IMG/VR virus record: IMGVR_UViG_3300020044_009834
Location: 1-62,234 of that record
Direction: 5' to 3' (one strand)
DNA length: 62,234 nucleotides
DNA from: a virus
Lineage: Duplodnaviria > Caudoviricetes
Both the position numbers and the translations under genes were made by a program. The notes under the pieces are model-generated. The model made no database searches. It was not told the origin of the DNA and saw nothing but the letters and a program-made list of their open reading frames with translations. Of this stretch, positions 20,015-30,800 are shown piece after piece (position 1 is the first letter of the stretch; each line of letters begins with the position of its first letter).

Positions 20015-21811
20015 ATGGAATATTACGGTTACGCAGAAAGAAGCGCAGATAGTCAAGTAGATTGGGCAACCATTGGTAAAGGCATGACAGATATGCTTTC
20101 GGAGACAAATAGAATCCGTGAAGCAAAAAAAGATGCCATAGACCAAGCAAGCCGTGACTACTCTAAAACATTAACAGAAGTACCATTAGGCGAACACGTT
20201 GGTGCAAGAGAATATGCATTAAGGTTTGCAAGCAATGCATCTGAATATAGATTGATGCAAGATAGATTATTGAAATCAGGTGCTTTAAAATTAAAGGACT
20301 ATACTGTAAATAGACAGAACTTACTTGATGGTACAGACCAAGCTTTTACAATGTTAAAAAATTTTCAAGCACAATCTGCTGAGAAAATGCAAAGATATAG
20401 AGATACTGATTCACAAGCATATGAATTAGAAGGAATGAATAAACTTGAAGGTTGGGGTAATTTTAATGAATCTGATTTATTTATAAATCCAACTACAGGA
20501 GCATTAACTATTGGCAAAGTTACCAATCAAGTTATAGATGGTAAAACTGTTAGGACTATGAGTCAAAATCCCGGAGATTTTACAACTATAGCAAATGCTC
20601 AAGCTAATCTATATGGTAAATATGATAGATATAAATACGAAGAGCCATTAAAGGCTTGGGTAGGAACTCTTGGAGAAGAATTAACTGTTTTAAGGCAATT
20701 TGGTTCTGAGACAAGAGCAGGAAGTATTTCAAGCTTTCTTAGTATAAAACAAAGAAGTGAAAAAATAAATGGAGTAATTAAATCTTTTGAGGCATCAGAA
20801 ACAGAAGCCATTAATGGTATGATAGGAAATGATTTCAATAGATTATCTATTTTAACTGAAAACATAAAAACAGTAGATGGTAAGCCATTTAAATTTGTTT
20901 ATTCAGAAAAAGACAGAACATCTGAAAACGATTTATATATGAAGAAAGACCCTAACTCAGGGATGACTATTCCTCAGTTTACTGAAAAACAATCTAAGAT
21001 GGCAACTGAATTTATCAGAGGTCAAGCACGTTTACAGTACGATAACAAACAAACCATTACACCGTATAGTGAACCTACTAAACCTAGACCATCACAAGCA
21101 GAGATTGATGCAGGTGAAAGTGAGAAATCAAAAATAGCTACTGCATCATTGTGGAATAACTATTATTTAGAGTCAGACCCTGATAAAAGAAGTAATGTAT
21201 TACAAGCACTATTAGGTTCTCCTGAAGCTAAAGCAGCAGGGATAATTGGTATTGATGCTGATTCAGAACCCGGATTTTTAAATATAGAAAACATAACTCC
21301 GGGTCAATCTCAAAGAATAGATTTATCAAAAGTTAAAAATTTAAGTGATTGGATGCAAATAGGAACAGGAGTTCATAATGTATCGAATAAAAATATTTTA
21401 AATAAAGCAACAGGTGGAGGAAATCCTAATTTTAAAGCACCTTATAAAGATGCAAAAGGGAATATATTATTTAAAGGTAGAGCAACAAAAGGTGAAACTG
21501 TAGGATATAACGAAGCAAAAGAAAAATTAACACCTGCATTATTTACATCAGGAGACCCTCAACAATTAATAAATATAATACAGGATTTAGGATTAGATAT
21601 TCAAACAGAATGGTTTGGTGATGATGTTAATTTAACAATTGGACAAGGAGAAAATGAAGTAACATATACAGCAAATGTAGATGATGGGGCTGATGCACCA
21701 CTACAAGCGCAGAATTTAAAAAAATGGTTAGATGAAAATGTAACTAAAGCAAGTAAAGCTGCTAAAAAAAGTGGTAGTTCAACTACAGTAACAGGAGGAA
21801 ACACAAGATAA
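20015..21811 (+). CDS. internal virion (ejection) protein
   Basis: 598 aa, between the small ejection protein and the giant protein. Confidence 0.55.
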   Translation: MEYYGYAERSADSQVDWATIGKGMTDMLSETNRIREAKKDAIDQASRDYSKTLTEVPLGEHVGAREYALRFASNASEYRLMQDRLLKSGALKLKDYTVNRQNLLDGTDQAFTMLKNFQAQSAEKMQRYRDTDSQAYELEGMNKLEGWGNFNESDLFINPTTGALTIGKVTNQVIDGKTVRTMSQNPGDFTTIANAQANLYGKYDRYKYEEPLKAWVGTLGEELTVLRQFGSETRAGSISSFLSIKQRSEKINGVIKSFEASETEAINGMIGNDFNRLSILTENIKTVDGKPFKFVYSEKDRTSENDLYMKKDPNSGMTIPQFTEKQSKMATEFIRGQARLQYDNKQTITPYSEPTKPRPSQAEIDAGESEKSKIATASLWNNYYLESDPDKRSNVLQALLGSPEAKAAGIIGIDADSEPGFLNIENITPGQSQRIDLSKVKNLSDWMQIGTGVHNVSNKNILNKATGGGNPNFKAPYKDAKGNILFKGRATKGETVGYNEAKEKLTPALFTSGDPQQLINIIQDLGLDIQTEWFGDDVNLTIGQGENEVTYTANVDDGADAPLQAQNLKKWLDENVTKASKAAKKSGSSTTVTGGNTR

Positions 21812-21821
21812 AAATATAATT

Positions 21822-24800
21822 ATGCCGGATTTAAAACAATCATTAAGAGATTTCGTAGCTACTTCAAATAGTGGCAAATATTCTACAGAAGAAGAGTTAT
21901 TATCTAAGTTCCCTGAATTGCAAGGATATGATATTCAATCATTGAAAGATTTTGTAGCTACTTCTAACAGCGGAAAATATGGTACAGAAGAAGAAGTACT
22001 TTCTAAGTTTCCTGAATTTGGACTTACTTCTGAAGACCCATTAAAAAAAAAAGAGCAAACACAACTCCCTACTCAGGGAAACGTGTCAGGTACTATGGGA
22101 TTACCTTCGGAAAGTACTTCTTCGGGTTCGCTAAAGCCATTTGATAAGAACGCACTTTTAGCTAAGGGGTTAAAGCAAACAACAATTGCTACCCCTTTAG
22201 AATCAGCACCTCAGAGTAAACAAGAAATTATAGATAATGCAAATTTTAGAACTCCAACAAACTTAACTTCTCTTCAGGCTATAAATAATGCTGCCCAAGA
22301 AAAAGTAAGAGTAGAAAAAGAAAAACTTGATTTAAGGAACCAAATATTTACTTACCAAACATTAAACCCTGAAACAAAAGGGGGTGGATATGCTGCGTTA
22401 GAAAATATCATTTTAGACCCTAATCAATCTGAAGAAAAAAAATTAGCTGCTCAAAAACAAAAGGAAACTGTAGATAAATATTTTCAATTAAGCGAGAAAA
22501 CAAAAGCCCTTAATGCTCGTATAGATAAAGATGAAACTATTAGACAAAAAGGTTTAGATGAAAGATATGGTTCTTATAGAAATACTACAGAATCATTCAA
22601 ATCTTATGGCATAAAAGGTGTAACAGGTTTTATGGGTATGCTGAATGCAATTGGTGGACAAGAAGATGAATTTAATTATGACAAATTTAAATCAATTTTA
22701 AAATCCTATGCAATTGAAAGTAGTATTACGTTATCTCCTGAGGAAAAAGAAAAACTTAGAAAAGACAACGAATATAATGATGATGGAAGTTTAGATGAAG
22801 AAGTTCGTACACAAAAAAGAGAAAAACTTGCAGTAGTAAATAAATTTGCTGATTCATTAATAACTCAAGAAACTCCTAAAAATTGGCAAAAACTTTTTGA
22901 AGGAGAATGGAGTGCAAATAGAGTAGGATATGTAATTTCTCAAGCATTTGGTCAAGTACTTCCAACAGTTGCAGCAGGATTTTTAGGAGGAGGAACAGGA
23001 GCAGTAGCAGCAGGAGCAGCAGGAGCAGGTATGGCATATAATGAAAGTTTTGATATGTTTGAGAAAGCAGGTTTAACAACTAGACAATCTGAATTAGCAG
23101 CTACAGCATTATCAATTCCTCTTGGTGTATTAGAGGCAATGGGTGTTTCTGACCTAGTAACCAAACCTGCATTTAAACTTCTACTGAAAGAAACAACAAG
23201 AGATGTTATTTCTAAATTAGCAACAAAAGAACTTACAGAAGCCTCTTTATTCTCATATGTAAAAGCTACAATGGGTCAAAAAATAAAAGAGTATGGTAAG
23301 GATTTAGTAATGTCGGGAGTAAAAGAGCCTTTGACAGAGATAGAGCAGGCTTTATTAAGTGAAGCAGCCGGTCAAACAGCAGAGGCATATACCGGTAAAG
23401 ATAGTAATAAAGACCAAACAATGGCTCAGTACCTAAAGGAATTAGGTCTTAAAGTTTCTGAAGAAGGTTTCTATGGTTTAGTAGGTGGTGTTGGAACATC
23501 AGCAGTTACTTCTGCTGTACAGAATCAAGCAAATCCAACTGCTTATGGCAGGGCATTAGAGTTAAAAGATGATGCTCTAATGAGTGAGTTTAAAAAGCAA
23601 TTAGACCGTGAGGTAAAGAAAGGTATCATTACTCAAGAACAAGCTGTTACAGCTGTAGAAAACGTACATAAAATACAAGCAGCCGACAATCAGATACCAT
23701 CTACAATAGAAGGTAATGAAAGAAGAAGTATGACTGCTACTTTGATACAAATAAAGCAGGCTTTAAAAAATGAAATAGAAGGTAAAGATAAGTCATTAAC
23801 CGGTCCTACTCAAGCAGCTATAGCTGATATTGATGTTAAACTAAATGAGATTGCAACAGGAGAAGATACCAAAACTGAACAAGTTTCTCCTAAAGGTGAA
23901 GGCATACTAGCTAATCCTGAGACTACAACTGCTGCATTAGAGGCTTTACCTCTTGAAGAAAAAACAACTGCTACATTTAAAGACACCAATGGTGATACAG
24001 TTTCTATTTTAGGAAACGAAAAAAAATTATCAGATTTGTTCCATGAAGCGCAATCAACTCCGGAAGATAAACGTACAGAATTCCAACAGTCTATAATAGA
24101 CACAGTAGAAGTGTCCTTAAAGACACCATTAGATTTAGAGACTGAAGTATCAAGACTTGAGTCTGAGTTTGGTCTTGATAAACAAACAATAACAGAGGCA
24201 GATACAGCTATTTCTCAGCTTTCAGACAACGAACAAGTTACAGAAACTGTTACTTCACTTGATGATGTTCCTGTTCAATTTAGAGATAGAGTTACAGTAA
24301 ATAAAACAGAGGGAACTCCTAAAAGAAAAAGATTCTTTGGTATACCATATGGTAAAGAAGTTAAGGGTCAAACAAAAGAGACTTATACTTACACAGCAAC
24401 AGGAAAAGAAATAAAAAGTGCGTATGCTGCAACTAAACAACAAGTAGGAGCAGCACCAACTACAGATACCGGTGTGTCTGCAACAAACAAGTCTTCTCTT
24501 GATACTTTAAAAGCAAAGACTACTGATGCTGTTAAACTAAAAGTTGTAGAATCAGCACAAAGGGCAATAAAAACTTTACAGTCTGTTATGCCTAACTTTG
24601 ACATTGTTGTTCATGAAGATGAAGGAAGTTACAATGCTGCTGTTGAAAAAACAGGAGGTAAGCAAAATACGAAAGGTAACTTTAATGCTGTTAAGAATGC
24701 TGATGGAACCTATTCAGGAAGAATAGATATAAACTTATCAAGAGCATCAACTACAACTGTAGCGCACGAGGTGGCACATGGTATCATGTTACAAGCCTTT

Positions 24801-27800
24801 GGTGACAAACCTGCTTTGTTTAAAGAATTCAGAAATAAAATATCAACTGTTTTAAAGCAAAGTACTAATGATAAATTGATTGCATTTGCAGACCAATATA
24901 AGACAGATGTTACTTATGAAGAGTATCTTGCTGAGTTAACAGGTTTATTAGAGCAAGAGCAAGCTAATATCTCACCTACTACACTACAAAGGATTGCTGC
25001 TATTATTAATAAACTTGTTTCAACTTTATCAGCAGGTCAAATAAAAGTATTTGAAGATTTAAAAAATACTAAAGATGTAATTGATTTCTTTAGCAATGTA
25101 TCTCAAGCCATAAAGGGGGGAGAAGCTATTCAGTTTTTAAATGAAACCCAAGCCTATGGTGAGGGTTTAGCAATAAAAGTACCCTCTGATTTTGTAGCTA
25201 CAAAGTCTAAGAAACTATCTGCTAAGAGTCAGATTGGAGACTATGTTATACCATCTAAATATGTTGGTAAGGATGAGTTTGATGTTTTGAAACTAGGGGA
25301 AGTTCCGGTTAAAAATCTTACAGACCTGATTAAACAATACGAGGGAAGAGTAGTTATTATCACGAGTGATGCCACAGGATACGGTGTAGATTCTGATAAC
25401 GAACCGATACTAGGTGGTTATGGATTTGCTAACAATGCAAAAAATATAGAGGATGGAATTGGATTTGCAAGTTTAGGTGTTGGAACTGTAAAGGGTGCTT
25501 ATACTGCTGCTGAAAAAGCATATGGTCAGGGTAAGACTCTTGTTCTTATTATGATTCAACCACCTCATACCACTATAAACAACTCTTATGGTGCTAAGTA
25601 CTTAATGAGAGCAATGCAACAACTTGGAACGCTATCACCTAAAAAACTAGCTGAAGCTAAGGAGTCTATAAAAAAATTTATCAATAACTCAAAAGCAATG
25701 CAAGATGAGTTAAAAGCTGAAGAAGAAGCAGCTGAAGAAGAAGCATTAGCAATAAAAGAAGCAAAAGAAAAAGGGGAAGAAATTAAAAAATCTGAAGCAG
25801 GAGCAAAAAGAAGAACATCTAAAGTTGAATTATTTAAACTTATTGATAGCATTCAGCCTAATTCAAATTTAAAAGAATTAACTGATGCTTATTTAAACTG
25901 CACTACATTTAATACAAGAAAGTATATAGGAATGGGTGTTTTATCTGAACATAAAGATGTACAAACAAATGAAAAAACAACAAAAAGTAAATTATTATTT
26001 CGTGAAGTTGGTGCTACTATATATGATTTCTTAAAAGAATATGGCGACCAATCATTCTTAACAGAAGATATGATGCTTAATAATGTTGGTGGATTTACTG
26101 TAGGTGGATTTGAGTTAGATGTTACATCTGTAGAGGAAAGAGAAAAACTAATTGAAGAAATTCAAACTAAAGGAATTCTGCATCCATTATTTAATGGTAA
26201 ATTACCGGGTACAAATCACTTTATTTTAGATGGTGTTTATGATGTTCAAGAAAACTTTGGTGAGTTTGCAAGACCTGAAAAGGGAATTGATATGTCTACT
26301 CAGTTGGATAAGGTAACAGCAAAAGAAAGAAAGGCTTGGTTTGATGAATTTATAACTAAAAAAGATGCAACTACAACATCAGGAATTGGAATAGACCGAG
26401 CAAAATTTAAAAAAGAATATAGAAAACTACCTAAAAAAGAACTAAAAGAAGAATATTTTATAGATAAGGTAAAACCATCTTTTCAAAATGGATTAGAAAA
26501 CATTGTCAGAGATAAGATGTCAAGAAAGTATTTTGAAAAATTAGCTAATGGTAATAAAGATAAATTAAACAGTTTTTATTTAGCGAAAAATAGAGATGTT
26601 GACCCATCTAAAAGGACATATAGTATGTTATCTGCACCTAATAAAGTTAATTTTAAAGATACATATCTTGCCCCAAAAGGATTACTGAAAGATGTTGCGA
26701 CTCATGTTCCAACTAAAGTTGCAGGGGGAATTGGGTTTATACCACAAGAGGGTGCTGCCGAACGAATGGCACAAACTGAATTTAAGAAGAGTGAAAAACT
26801 AACACAACAAAAAAATGATAAAGAAAACAACGCAGGGGTACAAAGTAACCTCGGAAAAGGGCAAGAATCTAAGCAAGCCAAATCTAACAAAAGCGCAAGC
26901 AGTAAAAAGATTAGCACAAGTGGAGATGTTCAAGCATATGAAGAAGAAGTAACTGCATTAGAGCAATCTTTCCCAATCAATAAGTCTCAGGTAGATGCAT
27001 GGCATGGAAGTCCACATTTATTTGATAAGTTTACCACAGAAAAAATAGGAACCGGTGAAGGCGCACAAGCATTTGGTTGGGGTCTTTATTTTTCTGATGT
27101 TAAAGGTATAGCACAAGCATATGCTGATAGATTATCAGCAATAAGTATACAAGCAGAAGCTATTGCTCAATTTGTTTATGGAACAGGATATACAAACGAA
27201 AATATACAAGATATTGTATCTAAAAGTGTTGATGAAAGAATAAAACTCATAAATGATGCATATGATAAAACAGTAAACAAAATAAAATCTTCTATAAACT
27301 ATGAAAAGGCTCCTGATTTTGCAAATGAAATAATAGATAATCAAACTAAATTAAAAAATAGATACATAGAACAAGCAAAAAGTAATGCCGGTCGTGTATT
27401 ATATAAAGTATCACTTCACCAAGGGAAAACTCCTGAGCAATATAATTGGGTAGAATGGGATAAACGTATAAAAGAACAGACTTTTGATAAAATAAAAAAA
27501 TCTTTAGGGGAAAAAGGATATCAAATTAAAAATAAAGAGAATCAAGGTTTTCATTTATATTCAAAAGAAGGTTTATTATTAGGCTATTATAATATGTATG
27601 ATAGTGGACAAGAATTATATTCGGAATTAGATAAAACATTAGGCAGTCCTCAAAAAGCTTCTTTATTTCTACTTGAGAATGGTATTGATGGTATTAAGTA
27701 TCCTGCCGAAAGTATATCTCGTGGTGCAACTAGTGATACTGCAAGAGGTTCTAACTATGTGGTATTTGATGAGAATGCTGTAACTGTTAACGCAATCAAT

Positions 27801-30800
27801 AAATCTCAAGAAGATGCAGTAAAAACTATTGATAGAATGGTTAGAGATGCTAGAGGTCAAGGTTTCTCTGAAGAGGCAATTGCAATATTCTTAGAAAGAA
27901 ACGGTTTTACTGCTCAGGAAATAGAGGAAGTAATGGATACAGAGTTAGGTGCATCTAAGCAAATGGTATTATCAGAAGAGACAATGCCGGGCTTTGATAA
28001 GATGATGGCAGCTATAAATAAGGCAATCAAAAAAGATAAAGCCTTGACAACTGTTCCAAACAAAGATATCTTGAGTCGTATCATGAAGTACTTAGCAAAA
28101 CAAGATACATATAAGAATGCTACAGATGTACAAAGAGAAAAGTTAGTTCGTGACATCAGAAAGATAATTGGTATCAGAGAGAAAGCAGTTAAGAATCTAA
28201 GTACTACTCTTGATAAATTTGAAAGATATGATGCATCCCATGGAATAGATGTTACCTTAGGAAATATTGTTGACCCAAATAATATTACCATGACTGAGAA
28301 GGAATTACTTATCAAGCAAATCAAAGACTATGCAAGAGGTGCTAGGGATGTAAAAGCTGCTTGGGTAAAAGCAAGTGCTGAACTTACTAAAGACATCAAG
28401 AATATGATGAAAACAGGTAAGATATCAGTTAAGCAAGCAGCAAGTATTGTTCGTAGATTTAGTGCTGTAAATGTATTCAGCGAGAAGTCTATTGGCAAGT
28501 TTGTTGACTATATGACTAAGGTATTTAATGATGCCGAATATGTAAACCAATTATCTATAGCGCAAAAAACTAAAAAGGCTATTGCATCTTTATCTAAAAA
28601 TCAAGATAGAAATGCTAACCTAAGAGAGTTAGGGAAGAAGTTTACAGAGATAGACCCATCTATGGTGGATGATATCTATAAGTACAATACTGTAGCAGCT
28701 GCTATTTATGAAGCTATTTATGGTTCCAAACTAACTAGTGAAGGACCAAAATTTGCTCAAACTATTAATATAGAATCAGTTTCTAAGTATGTGGATGAGA
28801 TGGTTGAATCTCAAAATAAGAAATTATTAGATGAAAAGATTGCTGAAATCCAAGAGTTATTAGGCATTGATGCATCTAAGTTTACTCCTCAGGAAATAAA
28901 AGCTTTATTAGAAAATACACAAACAATAAAGAAAAGCAATGAGGTTGCTATCAAGGATTCTATCAAAAAAATGTTTGGTATATACTCTACTCTTATCAAG
29001 GAAACCATAAGTAGAGGAACTGATTTGTTTACCGGAGAACCAAGGAACTTTACTAAGCAACAAAAAGAATTGATAGGCAGATTCATGGCAATGGACTTGA
29101 ATAATTTAAATGCAAAACAGTCTTTAGCTGCCGTTGATAGTCTTATAAATTTCTTCCAAAATGATTCTACCGCTAAAATGGAAGCTGTTCTATCTGACTA
29201 TACAGCTATGGAAAATACCAAGACTCTAATAGATAAAAACATAAAAAGTTTAAGATTAAGCAAATGGTTTAGTGATGATTTTGGTAAACTTTTAGCAGAA
29301 CAAACTTATAACTTACCAATGTTATTTGAGAGAATGTTTAAAGGAGTGGGTCGTGGTGCTTATGTTCAAAAGATGTCAGGCTTAACTAAACTAATAAACA
29401 AAAAATCTTTAGCTGTTTCTGAATCAAATGCCATTGTAGAAGAGTACGTTAGTCAGTTCTATAAGAAAGAAGCCAATGGAGAGGCTTTCAACACATCTGA
29501 AAATAATGTAGAAAGAGGTATGGCTGCATTTATGATGAGAACATTTGTTGGAAGCGAAGAAAAAATGCAAACTGAATTCAATAGAAGGAAGGGATTAGTT
29601 AAACAGACCATTGATGTATTATCAAAAGGTAATGATGAAGAAAAAGTAAAAGGAGAACTATATCAAAAAGTATATGATAAGATTTTTTCTGTTGCAAAAA
29701 ATCCATTAAGTCCTAATCAAGTATCAGGAACTGAACCACAAAATGCAAAAGAAATAGCAGAAAGAATAGATAAGGTTAACTTAGAAGCTATTCAGTTTTG
29801 GCAAAATGCTTGGGGTGATAAATTTGATAAGTTAGCCGATGTTTCTTTAAATGTATACAATAAAGTACTAAACAAAGAATTAAACTACATCCCTGATAAT
29901 CTAAGAAAATTAGCTTCTAATAGTAAAACAACAGATTTACAAAGTACCGCAGCGATGAATGAATCATCATTTCATCACAACAATAATTCATTGTATGATA
30001 CGGAAGCAGGTGTTTTACAAACTCCTTCATATCCTATAGAATTACCTACAGATGATAAGAATAACAGAACTAATAGAGTAGTTGATTTCTCATTTGATAG
30101 TAATAATGCCAACTCTATGTATGATGCACTTGTGGATGTAAACACCGCAGCTGCTGTAAGACAAGTTGATACTTTTATAAATGGCGATGACTTTAATAAA
30201 ATATTCAATATAGAAGATGGAGAAATGTTGAAGGATAGAATAGAAGGTTATGTAAGGAATATTAGAAGTAGAAATATTTACTCTCAAGATGAGTTCAGTA
30301 AGTTTGCAAAGGCTCTTAATAAAGTGGCTGCAATTGGTGTAGGTCAAGCATTAGCCGGTCCAACTCAGACTTTAAAACAAGTTATACCTGTTGCGTTTAA
30401 CACATTAGTAAATGCTCAAAATTTAGATGTAATTTCTTCTTTGAATTCTGACTTTCAAACTTGGTTAGGAGAATCAGGCTATGCTATTGGTACAAGGGGA
30501 GTAAAATCTCAAGCTGATATTGAATCTTTAAATAAATTAATAAAAGAAGATGCTAAAACCGGAGGTAAAAAAACACTTGAACTTGTGCTTAAAGCCAATG
30601 AATGGTGGTTACAAACTTTCTTAGTTTCTCCCGATGTGTATATTGCTAAAGCATCTTGGAAGTCTTACTATGAAAAGAGTTTGAGACAACAAGGTATTGA
30701 CACAAAGAATTTAGATTATAGTAGCCATACTTTAAATGAAGATGCAGCCGATTATGCTCAGAGGATGGTCGATAGACAACAGAACGTATCTGATGCTGAT

